Shown in pieces: positions 49,835 to 62,316 of a stretch of 64,000 nt of DNA. Below the pieces are notes generated by a model that was not told the origin of the DNA, searched no databases, and was given only the letters and a program-made list of their open reading frames with translations. Within the stretch, counting starts at the first letter, position 1, and every line of letters begins with the position of its first letter. Made by a program: the position numbers and the translations under genes. The DNA lies in NCBI GenBank assembly GCA_002104905.1, contig MCFE01000458.1, positions 1 to 64,000 of the forward strand, given 5' to 3'. This stretch comes from Basidiobolus meristosporus CBS 931.73. Lineage: Eukaryota > Fungi > Basidiobolomycota.

Positions 49835-52800
49835 TATTATGGAGTGGATCTATGGGGGGATAAGGAGAAAAGCTAAGTTGCAAGTACTGCCATGTCTAAA
49901 TCTCATTAAGTATATTATATTCAAGTGTGCTATTACCCTATGAAAAATAACTTGGTCCCATGGGTGGATTCAATTGAGATCAGTCGTCAGGATCCTGTTT
50001 AGAGACCATCATAATACCAGCAGCTTGGAATTAGTGACTCTCTCAACAATCTTATGATGGGATCACAATGGTGATTGGCTAATTTTACTGCTAAATAAAG
50101 TTAAAAAACTTAATGGGGTTTAATTGATGCTGTGACAATAATTGCATGGCATTGTTGTGGTCTTATTGCACCCTACAACTTTTTAAATGGATCTAACCAT
50201 CCAGTACATCCAGCTGCTTTATATGGCGAAAAACTTGACATTGTCTTGACAACCTCTTTGTGAGTCTTGGATGGTAGTAATATGGCAGTATTTTGGCCTA
50301 GAGCTAGTTCTGTACAGTGCTACTGTACCAATTAATCAAATGGTATTTCCTTTTTCTACCTCCCCTTATGCAACTCATATATTCCACTGTAGAATCACCC
50401 TGCTTTCTTTGCTTACCCACTGTCACCTTGGGTATTTCACATATAGTTCAGATCAAGAAACACTATGGTCTCCTACTTACTAACCTCTACAAACACACAC
50501 ACTTGCCACAATTGACATACTTCTATTTCCTCAACTTTACAGCTTTTTAGTGTGATACTTGCAAAGTTGCCATATATCCTGTACTGCTAGTAACATATAC
50601 ATCTTACAAACATATGTTTGGTTGTCACCACTTCTGCCATGAATACCTCCTGAATAACTGCAAAGAACTTTTTGGTTTTTGGCAAATATATCCCTTCTCC
50701 CAGCAGGATTCTAGACCCCATTATAGGTGCGCTCTGGCCCTTGTTTGTGTGAGTTCCATATTGAATGGTGTAGAAGTTGGCTTGTGACCAAGAGAAACCT
50801 GGCATACATTGGGAGAGCTTTCCTAATAAGATCAGTTTTATATTGCACCCAACCCAACTTTGCATTACTTAACTGATTACCCACAGATTGGGGCTACTTA
50901 GCCTTGTAATTCCATAGGCATAGGAGTCTCCATGTGCACATCTGTCCTCAGTAATTTGCAATTCTTCCTGACTGTCCTCCATGTACCAATCCATCACATC
51001 CATGATGGACCTGAAGGTAATTTTATTGATGAGATTAGGATATGGTAGTACCTGCAACTTGACTTGTCTTCCTATTGCCCCACACATCTGCTCCATAGGA
51101 AACTCTCAAAAGGTGAAGCAAGGCCCAACATTCTCCACACACCAAGCAAGATGGAGTAGAGAATGGATACAGTAGTGGCAGAGATCTACACATTCAGCTT
51201 CATGTCTGTTGTATAGCCATGCAGATACTGTTACAAACTCCCTGCACAAGAGCTGTAGATGTGTCTAGTTGGTATTGGTGATTCACTTCTGGAAAATATT
51301 CCTACAATGTCCACATATGACTCCCAATGCTTTCAATGTACTTTTGGTAGGAATGGCTTCAGAACGCCACTTGGATAAATACCTATCCAGTTCATCCAGT
51401 CTTTACGGTTGTATTGTTGAATATGGATATGAATATTGATTGGAGCCTGTGAGAAGTACTTAAGGTAGTTGATACTCTGTAATATCTTGCCAACTCTTCT
51501 AAGTTTCTCCGGTATCTCAAAGGGCTCATTCAGCTTGGAATGCCCCATGTACAACTTAGTCATCTGTGTAGGGATATTGTTGAAGAGCAAATGCATTGCT
51601 CCCAGTGGAAAGCTTTTGCTTCAACAGTTACCCTCTATCTTAAGTATCTCCAGTTTCCAAAGGATTCCCTATTCTAGCCAATGGCTTATAGCTTGCCAAC
51701 TTTGCTGCAATTGCATGGTGACTTCTGTACATTCTCTCTGTGGGAAGATGATGTGTTTAGTATTGGTATTTGGGTAATGATAATGTGTGTGAGTTTTGGA
51801 GTAAATCCTCTGGATCTCATACATTTGGCAGCAATACCATCCATTGTGCCCATAAAAACCTGCTATCTTGCTGATGGCTGGGGTATCTCCAATGCAGATA
51901 ATAATATGGGCTTTTACATGACAGTTACTTACTGTTATTCCACTGGAAAGCATACAAAATTCATCTAGTAGTGGATACAGGTAGCCATCCAGGTTGGATG
52001 GTGATTTAGGCCCAAATACCAGTGAGACTACTATCAGATTTTTGCTCTGATACTGTAAGATGGGCAGCGGATTTGGATTGATGAGAATCAGTGGCCAGCA
52101 GGATTTGCTGCTAGAGTACTGTTTAATGAAGATCCATCAAGTGCCAAGGCAAAGGCATGGTCATACATACCTTCAAAGTAGCCCTTGCTTCTTAGCTGTG
52201 TGTAATGTTTGCCATCAAATATATTGGATATGTGTGTGCTTGATTGATACTGAGTGTGGTACTGTGCAGCTTTGCAATAATAAATTGGACTGCATGAGCT
52301 GCTTTAAACAGGGCATTACCAAAATATATCTGGAGTGTGAATGATATTTTCCCTCTATGGTGGCTGATTCCTGACAATTTGGACATGTCGCAATGGGGGT
52401 ATTTTCAGATGTGAATGCCATGCAACTGTTAACAGTCTCTGGATTGTATGTTGCCAGCTGCATGATGGTTGTCCACCTGTACCATGCACATAGTAGGTTG
52501 CATCCCACAATGATTTTGGCATGAAGTAGTAATAAATCCTCAAAGCCCCCATTACTGATATTAGTGGAAATGCGCCACTTCTCTAGCCACAACACTACAT
52601 CATTCACCAGTATATGGATTACTGGGCTTACTTGGCTCCATAAAGTATCCCTGGCATTTGTTTCAATGGGTGCTGTCTCATTGCATATGGAGAATTGTCT
52701 GGGCTCATGCCTGGCACTGTTGTTAGGGGAGATTGGCTTACAATCCATCAGTGAGCCTTCTTTGTCAGAGCTATCACTCTGCATGCCATATTCAGAAGGC

Positions 52801-53394
52801 TGAGGTGGGCCTAAAGGTGCACAAACTCACCTAACTCAGTTTATGCAAGGTGACAAAGACAGCCAGGTGCCAATATAGAAGTATCAACTGGCTGGCAAGA
52901 TAATGTTGGTACAGCAGTGACCAATGAATGGTCAAATATGACTTGGGTGGCAAAACACTGGCTGTGGTCCTTGTGATACTTCCTATGCTGTCTGCATGCT
53001 TCATAGCTGAGAGGCTTGCCACAATAGCCACATTGTCTTTTCTCTTCTCTTATGGTGTTGAGTCAAAGTAGTCTTGTCCAAGAGGCAAACAGTTTGACCT
53101 TCAACAACATAACGCTATTATATCACTTTTTGGTCAATACTCATGTGAACTTAAGACAGTCTTGTATTTGAAACATTGCACCCACATGAATGTAAGATTC
53201 AATGATGACCCACCATAGTAAGCACTATAAATAAAGCTGCGGCACCACATACCCATGTATATGTAACACTATTTCCCCTTTGGTTTGACTCACTCCATAT
53301 ATATGCCACCAAGAAATAAAGCAAAGTTGTCTGGTTCTCAACCAAACCCCACTGCTGATGGCAGCAGAAGAGCAGTTGGACAACAGCTTGCTTT

Positions 53395-54687
53395 TGTTGT
53401 AAAAATTTGTAATTCCACCTAAATATTCACCTAACTTAGTCACTTAGATCATTACCTTCAAATCCTAGAGAATACTGACCAAATTCCTTGTTGGGATTTA
53501 CTTTGAATATTTTCACCAAAATACCAGGTACCCAGAGCATGAAAATTCTCAAAGCTGTCCAAACAGCCCCAATCTTTGCACACATGTTCTTGGGACCTTC
53601 CTTAACCTATTCTACGTGTTTGTAATGCCAAGACCAGGTAAAAGTATAAATACTACTTTTACATTCAATAAATCAATAAGTGAGAACCACATAATATACT
53701 TGTTCTCCAAATCACTTCCAATATCTCCAAGACTCTTACAACAGGTTATGAGCCCCAAGCTGTCACTCTCTGCAGTGTCTACTACTGCTATTACTGGAAT
53801 TTTTCCCTCTGCTGAAAAGTTGGATGGATCTAACTACCAAGTGTGGAAGGTGAAGATGAAGATGCTGCTACAAGAAAGAGGCCTTTGGGATATTGTCATG
53901 GGAGAAGAATGCCCTCCTAAAAACATGGGAGAGGAAGCCTTGAAGTACCAGAAGAAAGAACAAAGTGCCTTTAACTGCATTTGCCTTAATGTCAAGGACA
54001 AATTGCTAATTCAATGCTCAAGAGCAAAAACGGCAAAGAATGCCTGGAAAGCATTGGAAGACACCTACCAGTCATGTTCAGCTGCCAAGAAAATGTATCT
54101 GAGACAAATATTCTTTACTACAAAGATGCTGCCAGGAGAAGAAATGAAAAATCTAATTAACAGAATTACCCTGCTGGTAGATGAGATGGAATCTGTGGGC
54201 ATACCAACTACTGATGAGGATGTGATAGTTACCATCCTGAATAGCCTGACAGACAAGTTTCAGGGCCTTGTATCAGCCCTAGAGTCCAGAACTGAAGATT
54301 TGACCTTAAATTACGTATATGGAAGGCTCCTGGATGAAGAATTAAGAAAATCAAGCGCCAATAAGAATGAAGAAGAAAATGCTTTAATAAGCAATGCTAA
54401 CCAACAAAGGAGGTACCCAAGACCCTACAAAGGCAACAGCAACCTATTTTGCAACTACTGCAAAAGGAAAGGACACACATCAGACCGGTGTCTCAAAAAG
54501 AGAGATTATCAGCAAAAGAAGCCTGAATATGGAAATGCTGTAACAACTGAAGATAGACTATTCATATCTGCACTAAATATGACCACAAACAAGGATTCTC
54601 AGACGTGGTATATTGACTCTGGAGCTTCTCAACACTTTACACACCAAAAAGAACTTTTTATCCAATATCTCCAAGACTCTTACAACA
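53395..54687 (+). mobile_element. Copia copy D, gag-only deletion derivative
   Basis: 5' LTR 53395-53743 with perfect TGTTGTAA/TTACAACA, PBS 53744-55, gag and protease start, joined to the last 27 bp of an LTR. Confidence 0.92.
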
Positions 54688-54695
54688 AGTACTAA
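53748..54695 (+). CDS. Copia Gag (UBN2-type) plus zinc knuckle and truncated protease
   Basis: LDGSNYQVWK, CNYCKRKGHTSDRC, WYIDSGASQH. No stops. First internal ATG lies inside the PBS. Confidence 0.85.
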   Translation: MSPKLSLSAVSTTAITGIFPSAEKLDGSNYQVWKVKMKMLLQERGLWDIVMGEECPPKNMGEEALKYQKKEQSAFNCICLNVKDKLLIQCSRAKTAKNAWKALEDTYQSCSAAKKMYLRQIFFTTKMLPGEEMKNLINRITLLVDEMESVGIPTTDEDVIVTILNSLTDKFQGLVSALESRTEDLTLNYVYGRLLDEELRKSSANKNEEENALISNANQQRRYPRPYKGNSNLFCNYCKRKGHTSDRCLKKRDYQQKKPEYGNAVTTEDRLFISALNMTTNKDSQTWYIDSGASQHFTHQKELFIQYLQDSYNKY

Positions 54696-54879
54696 TGAAG
54701 CAAGGTGCAGTGGCTGATAGGATACATGCAATGGCCCGGAGAAATCAGGAAATAGTCCAGAAACAGGATGAGCAGATAATATGTGTAGAGCAATCAATAT
54801 CCTAGGTAGAGCAAGCAGTATCTTTGCAGCAAAGAAGGAACTCAAGTAGCTCAATATCACAGCCAAGAATTGGTCCATA

Positions 54880-55520
54880 AGAGTTGGAAGTCTGTGAGAA
54901 CACACATTTCTTTGGCATCTAGAAGCTAAGCAGCCCCAACATCTGCATCATAAGTAAAGTAAGGCAAGGACACACTTGACACAACAAGCAACCAATTTTC
55001 TATTAGGACAATGTAAGTAAGGTGTGTCAGAAACCTCCTGGATGCAAGTCAATTTCCGCACCTTTGAATATGGAATTGACACAAAAATGGAGGGGAGTGC
55101 ACCTGTTAGTGGTACTACAATCCAGCAGGGAGAAGGAATATATTGGCTAGGTACAGAGCAGTAATTTGCAGTTATTCAAGAGGGGATCATGGCAAACCTG
55201 GTGGCAACCAAGTGTATGTGAGCATGATGTAAGTGCTACCAACAATACAAGGCATATGGCAGCTTTGAAAGCATCACACCAAAAGACCATCTAGTCCAGG
55301 TGATAGAAGCGTGTGAATTGCAGCAGGTGTGAAAATATGTTGAGGTTAATACAAAGGAAGCAACGATTTTTTTTTGATTCAGGCGATTTGTCAAATACCC
55401 ATGGTTATAATGGGTAAATAATAAGGAGGCATGATTTTGCAGTGCGATATATGAATGGTACAAGAGGAGGTAAAAAAGTGGAATACCATCAGGTAAATTG
55501 GTATGGCGGCATTATGCAAT
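54880..55520 (+). pseudogene. Diverged CMC transposase C-terminal fragment
   Basis: Homologous to 17500-17910 and 41680-42180. Confidence 0.75.
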
Positions 55521-56565
55521 AAAAGTGGTTTCCAAGTGACAGTTTCAGCAACGTCAGAGCCCTTCCCCCGGGGGCAATGGAGAGTCACCAATCCAGGTAA
55601 CAGCACACCAAAAGATGCCAGACTGGGGTTTGAAACTCCACACGCATCTTTCAAAGGAAGCAAACCGAGGGGACCTCGAGCTATACCCACCATCTAGATG
55701 GGAAGAGGCCGGGTGCACAGTCGGTAGGCTCGGTTAGTGAGTTTGAGGTCGCTCAGCACTCTTGATGCTTCTCCAGTGCAGACAATCAGCAGGTTGTGGG
55801 TGGTGGCGCGGGGAGGGGGATTGACGGTCCACGAGAAACCAAGGTTTACCCGGAGGAAGTCTAGCCTGCTTCAAGAAGGGGAAGTGGAAAGACGCCTAGG
55901 GGGTATTTGAGGTTTTCACCAGTTGGTTGCTGCCCCACCTAAACGATCAGTCACCGCTTGTGGCCGAGCTTGGTGAATCTATTAAGGTTCGGCACGCGCG
56001 ATGTCAGCGGGTGAGCATATCTCACGATGGAGAGAACCATTAATTCGAGCATTGGATCCAATTAAGATCGCATCCTGTAAGACAGGGCAAATCAGGCTTC
56101 AGGATGTTCTGGATTTGAGCACCCGTTTCTGGATACTGGACACAGTGGAATGTCTGTTGTTCAACAGACCCATCTGCGGGTCGGTGAGGACTGTCAAGCA
56201 ACTCGGAATCAAGGCGCTCGTCGCAAAGGGAAGGGGCCCAGCCAAATGGCCAGCAACCTCCACCCTCCCAGCAGCAATGAGAAGAACCAGGGCTCGGAAG
56301 GCCGCTGGTGGGTCTCTCTGGACTTCTGCGTGGGGCACCTCGGTCATTCTTCGCCCTATGACACCCGCAGACCCACCTTCGAAAGAAAAATCCCAGTGGA
56401 CTGCAGCAGTGGGAAACCTGTACCGTTGCCTCCTGTATCTAGAATTCGCCATCGCTGCCACACCATGCTGTTGCCATCGGTGAGATTAATTTATACTCAT
56501 CGGCTCTAGATGAGCTAAGGCAATTATCCAACCACCGATTGATTAAGATCCAGGAGCCGCAATCA

Positions 56566-56647
56566 TCTCCATCAACCAAATCTCCATCATCTCCATCAAC
56601 CAAATCTCCATCATCTCCATCTCCATCTCCATTTCCATTTCCATTTC
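56566..56647 (+). repeat. Short tandem repeat
   Basis: 24-bp unit TCTCCATCAACCAAATCTCCATCA x2, then TCTCCA x3 and TTTCCA x2. Confidence 0.9.
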
Positions 56648-57090
56648 TGTCGCCAACACTGAGGGTCGAGGGTAGAGGGTTGAGTGTTTGTGGATTCGGA
56701 TCACTCGAAGGGTCTAGGAATCAGGTCAGCGTGAATCACCAGATGACTGTTTGATAGGATGTTCATTCAGTGCTTCACTCTCGGCCATCTAAAATCCGGT
56801 CTCTCACCCCCTACATTCCTGTTCTCACCCTTAGATGGGCCTTGATGTAACATTGTTTGTTGTTGCCCACCGCCTCTGGTGGATTTCGTTCTTCATTAAC
56901 TCCCTCGCATAAACTTTTCCTTTCATCGAAATATTCCCCTCTCCTCGTTTTGGCTTGATTTTCTAGCGAGAAAGCCGTTGCCTCGTCCCTTCCCTCCACC
57001 GCCAAAGCTCTTCTGCCCTACCCGTGTGACTCGTATTGTGGACAAGTTAGTACAGGAGACGCCGTGACCTTTCGCCCAACGTTCTTGGTG

Positions 57091-58078
57091 ATGCAACTTT
57101 CCCGTCGTAACACTTTGGCCTCTCAGTTGGTAGTATGGTTGTTGAGTTATTCCAGGGTATCGGTCAAGGTCGTCTTGGCCATCCTTCTGGCCCCCTTCAC
57201 CATCCCCTTATTCAGACGCACCTCCACCATGCTGCTTACCATCCACAGGAAGTGGTTCTCTTATATTCCGACCATGTTTGATCCCCTTCACTACATCATC
57301 CAATTCATCTGGATTCCCGCTTCCAACACTCTGAAAGCCGCCTACCAGATCTGGGTTAGAAAGGGGTTCGAGACTCTGCTGCCCATGACCACCTGCAAAG
57401 AATACGATCTAGAGTATGTCACCACCTTCCCGAAGCTCTCCCTCCCTCCCAGACGGCCCCGATTCAAGCCCGACACGAACAAGCTCCGGATGCAGATCGT
57501 GCGTAATATCGAGGCGAAATGTCCGTAGGGATTCTGCCTGCTTCCTGTCGTCAGCCCACTAACGCTTTTTTGCACAGGGAGGCGCAAGGCGCTAACCAAA
57601 TGGGTCAAAGAGGCTTCGATAGCCCTGGCGCAACCGCGTAGTAAGTGCTCTCCATTCCCTCTCAACCGAGCTGTGCTAACCCCTGGAATAGCGGAAAGAG
57701 GACAACACCCTAGAGTGCTCGAGCTCCCCGAAAAGCCCCGGAGACGGGAGAAGGCTCGTTTCAAGGAAGAGACCCGGCGGGAGCTGTTTCTTTTCGAGCC
57801 CGCCGGCCTGGTCTCTCGGGCCTCATCAAGACTGCCGCCACGTCTGCTCACCGCTCCGAAATCACCACCTTCCCCCATCAGAATGCATAGGCAGGCCTTC
57901 CACGCTAGTTCGGGAATGCGAGCCATGAACTGCTCGGTGGACGAGTATCCGTTGCATCCCGGCGCGTCTGCCAGCTACCATACGTTAGTTTACCTAACAC
58001 CCATTTAACCGAATTGTTCCTCCTGTCCTGTGGTCCATTAGCCACTGCCCCACCTCCACCGCACACGACTTCACCTAG
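57091..58078 (+). CDS. Hypothetical spliced protein, N-terminal hydrophobic segment, basic/Pro-rich C-terminus
   Basis: Introns 57521-57577 and 57641-57691 (GT..CTAAC..AG) join ORFs 57064-57528 and 57673-58008 in frame (..IEAKWRRKALTKWVKEASIALAQPRTERG..). A third intron and the end point are less certain. Confidence 0.65.
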
Positions 58079-59476
58079 TGCCCATGACGAGAGATCCCGG
58101 GACTGGCATATAGCGCGCGGTCCACTTCTCCACCCTAACCCCTTTACTTATTCCCTCGTACATGTATTGCATTTTGTATCCACAGAAGCAATGAACCCGC
58201 GACATTTGTTGATTGTCTATGCCCGTTATTTGAGTATCACCTGTCCTTTGCCCAGCCTCACCCGACCTCATAGGAAGCCTTGACGGGATAGCCTCCGTCC
58301 AATGTTTGATAAAAGCGATGTTTACATATACCACTGCCACAGGCCATTCTGTATCGCCCTCTCCTTTGCCACACAGCGGACACGTCGTCCAGGCTCGTCG
58401 CATCTGGCCCAGGGTCATCGACACTGGTTTCATGCTTTTGCCCATGCCAGATGGGATCCAAGCACCGCTCGAGACACGCCCCAGCCATCTAGCAGAGCCG
58501 TCGCTGAACTAGGATAGATGGATGCGGGAGGGAAATCCTGTTTCAGGGCCACCCGGCCACCGAGTCGAGCATTCCAGGGTCGGTTTCGCGGAGTAGTCGC
58601 CCGCACCTTGGCGAAATCCGAAACGCCCTTCCTGTATAAGCAGCGCAGATCCCGAATCCTCCCACCAGAACGCTGATCGCAGATGGCTCCCATCTGAATC
58701 CCCACCCCATTTCGCACCTGTTTGGCCGTATAACTGTATCTATCTCTAGTCTGAAGCGGCCGCCCGGACTGATGAGCAGCAGCCGTGTGTGCATATTCGC
58801 CGAATCAGTAAATTAAATGCTGGGTTCTACCCCCATACACCCGGCAGCCCCGATGAGGCCATTGGTTGGCGCCTCCCAGGGAACAGCTCTGATTGGAGCT
58901 GCGAGATGGCTGCCATACATCTGGCTAGTGCAGGGTAGTTGGGGACTGGCTGCCGCTTTTGCTGCTGATCAGTGTGCAGTCACATGAGCTGCGGGCGGGC
59001 ATCTAGCTTCCTAGCCTCGATGGATCTGGCTGGCAATCTGGTCAGACAGCGCAAGGAGTGAGGCTGCACGCGGGGCACTCATTTCTCTATCCTTGCTCTT
59101 AGCGCCGGTGAGGCCCATCGGTCAAGGCAGTCAGCGCAGCCCCCAGCCCGCATCCCATGGATCTGTGCGCAAGCCACCTGGCTGGCGCCGGGCCGCATGC
59201 ATCCCAAGGCAGTGACTGGTGTGTGGATTCAGCAGCAAACGGATGGTTGGGTGATGGTGAAATCAAGAAACATTTACTTGGTTATAATACTTCGGATAAA
59301 TCAAATTAAGGGTATTCTTAGTGGTCGGGACAGATCCAGCCCCATCACTCAACTGAAATCCAAGGAAAATGGAAAAATAATTCAGTTGTCGGTGGTTGGG
59401 ACTTGGAAAATATAAACAACTTCAATTGGTGGACCCTATGCTAGGTGCTGAGTGGAATAAGAAATGCGCTGGGGTG

Positions 59477-61193
59477 TTAGACGTCTAGTGGGGTGAACTT
59501 GGGTATGGGTGGTAGGGTGATACTGATGGCCTCGTGCGGTGTACTGGAGGTTGAGAGGCTGGTGGTACTGGACTGACTGGACAGTGTGGATGCCCTGTCC
59601 AAAGATTCCACAGTAGCTGTGGATCTGGTTCTGGAGGTTGTGAACGAGGGGTCGGTGGAGTTGCTTGTCTTGGTAAAGAAGCGACGTTCCTGCATTGTCT
59701 TGACGTAGACTTCGGTGTCGATTGTTTGGGGAAATTCGTAGCCATCACCTGAACTGGTTCAAGGGTGAGGACCGGTGATATGAGCCAGTGGAGTGCAGGT
59801 TGATTCACTTACCTATTCACAGTTGGTGCTATGGAGTTGGCGTGAAGGTAGGAGAGTGAGTTAGTAATGTGACTGGGCACCACAGCACGAAGGAAACTGA
59901 GCTTTTAGTACCAAACCATAGCCAGAAGCTCGCGCCCATAATCGCCTTCCAGTTCTCCAACGGCCCCAAATCGTACACATTCACCCTGGGCTCAATATGC
60001 TTTTGCTTTTGTCTAATGTTCTCTATAGTCGTCTGGTTCCGGAGAATCAGTCTTGTGTGAAAAACGGTGAATGCAACCAAGAAGATCCCCAAGAGCGATG
60101 CCAAGGCTATCAGAAGCGTCCATTCGATATGGACACCCTGCCCTTCCTACAGTACTGATCAGTCATAGACCCGCACGGATGCGTCAAACTCGTACTTACA
60201 TTGTATCGCGCCACCACGGGATATGTGACTGATGCGGGAATGTAGATGCAGTACAGTGAGGTGTATAGAATTAATAAATAGAAGATCTTATAGTTGCGCC
60301 AACCGACACATCGATTGATCCTAGGAGAGGAGGGTGGTTAATGGAAAGAAAGGTGGCCAGCGGCATGGACTCGGTCTTACCATGGGCAGTGACTATATTC
60401 CCAAGAAGCAAGGCGGAATGGATCGGGTTAGTGCCGTGCAGGGCATTACTAGGATGAACATGAACACTACGTACTGATCCATTTTTAAGATACACTTATC
60501 GCAGCTTGAGCAATGATGGCAACGCTGAGGCTTATGGGTCCCACAATGATTACAGTAGCTGACTTGGATCTGATCCGGCCCCGTTCCCTCCAGCACCCAA
60601 TTGGTGCTTTTCATGGTATCATACTGTCCGACGTTGGGCAGCACCATAGCCATGTCGGGCTTTCGAAGGGCACTTTGATGGTATGCATCGCACCAAGGTT
60701 CTGAGACTAAGCTTGGAAGGGACTCGTGGCTGTCCACAGCTAGCAATTCTCTCTGGCTCGCATGCCCCTTGCTATCGTGCAGAATATTGAACTGTCATTC
60801 ATCGTTGGGAGTGGCTTAGTATACTTGATATCAAAATCGGGCCATGCTTGAGCAATTTACCTGGATTGGGGAGCCGGCGTGGGTCAGAACGGCACGAAGA
60901 TAGCATACTACAACCAGGGCGAAAAGAATACTAAAGATGGAAAGCTGAGCAACTGTAGGTGTGTTAGTAAGAAAATGCCGCCAGGTGAGTTTCCGATGCC
61001 TACACTTACTCGCTTGCTCAAAGTTATACGAGATCAACTCAGCTTCAATAGAGTTAGAACCGGATCTTGGTGAATATGGCCTCTGAGCATACTAACCAAC
61101 AAGACTGAATACATATGTGTAATAGGACCAGCCTAGGAGAATTATGACAAACACTATTGGAAGGTTCCCGCGTATAAAACTCTTCTGTGCCAT
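59477..61193 (-). CDS. PFA3: DHHC protein S-acyltransferase, Pfa3/ZDHHC2-15-20-like, 9 exons
   Basis: Spliced frame gives [62 protein letters not shown]..ENW and GDGYEFP. All eight GT-AG introns keep frame. The symbol is a subfamily-level assignment. Confidence 0.9.
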
Positions 61194-62005
61194 CTGAAAT
61201 AGTAATACTCCACGAATACACTGTAACTGTGATATTAATTCTCAGAAGATGACAAGTTGAAGAGTAAAAAGCCGAGGAAAATCTTAAATGAGAGCTGACT
61301 ATGGCTAACTAGGAGACAGCAGTCAATAAATACTTTCATAGGGAGTAGGCCGCATTGTATGATATGTCGGCACCCAATGTGAGAAGATAAGACAATGCTG
61401 GGCTTCGAGTACGTGAAAGCACATGAAGAATAGAAGCCCAAGTGCTTGGGACTCATAGCATCACATATGTAAGCCCTATAAAACGTCTGGAGATATCTGT
61501 AAATTGGCAATGTACTCACGATATTCCATAGCACCACACAATAAAAAAATCAAAAACCCGATAAAAATTATACAGATAATTAAATATTTATTATGTATAC
61601 GCTGCAAATTGATTGTAAAGGTCATAGGTTAGGAAAAAAAGATACATCAAACATGCGTATTTAGCCAACATAGATTGTTAAATACGAAATGGATTGTTGG
61701 AGACACATACGTATGTAGTAATGCATGAAAAGTTCATGTTGCATCGGCCCAGAAAGCGGTAACAAAGTAATGCAGAGGAAATCAATGCATGTGAGTGATC
61801 GAGCCAATTCAACCACAACAAAATATAAACGCTTCACGATAGATATTAGGATTGACTATTTCACTATGATCAACAAATTCCCCAGCCCCTTAAAATCCTG
61901 GAAATCGCTTCGATGAAAATCAGCTTGTGGCCCCACTCATGCCAGGAGATATATAGTTTATTGGGCTCGGTCAGATTTTAGTCAAAGCTTATCATAAGCG
62001 ATAGT

Positions 62006-62087
62006 GACACTTTGGCGGAGTGGTTAACGCGGTGCCCTGCTAAGGCATTTCCCTATGGGAGCGCAGGTTCGAATCCTGCAGGTGTCG
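62006..62087 (+). tRNA. tRNA-Ser(GCT)
   Basis: GACACTT/AGGTGTC acceptor, CT-GCT-AA loop, long variable arm, GGTTCGAATCC. Confidence 0.95.
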
Positions 62088-62237
62088 ACTCTTTTGTAAC
62101 ATCTGTACTAGATGAGACTTTGGATATAATTTTGTATTCATCCAACTGTTGTGTGATGCCTGTGGCGGCTCATGTTCTCTATCCTCTATCGATTTAGATA
62201 TCCTCAAACCGGCCACGGCCGTTCGAAATACCTAGGA

Positions 62238-62316
62238 GCTTCGTTAGCTTAGTGGGTTAGGCGGTGTAGCAAAGAGGAGGGGGCAACTCAAATCCCTGGT
62301 TCAATGCCCTCCCGGC
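62238..62316 (+). pseudogene. Possible degenerate tRNA-like sequence
   Basis: A-box TAGCTTAGTGG with a pairing D-stem and B-box-like GGTTCAATGCC, but anticodon, T and acceptor stems do not pair. Confidence 0.3.

Larger units (their letters stand above)
49936..54875. mobile_element. Second long CMC copy, interrupted by Copia D and truncated in ORF2
   Basis: Perfect terminus CCCTATGAAAAATAAC at 49936, uninterrupted transposase pseudogene (about 50290-53050, minus), spacer, ORF2 start. Confidence 0.88.

Noticed and set aside
53616-53747. N-terminal extension of the Copia gag ORF in the ORF track
   Set aside because: Lies within the LTR; the other LTR copies do not share an open frame into gag.
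57342-57926. 194-aa minus-strand ORF
   Set aside because: Antisense to a plus-strand model supported by two in-frame introns.
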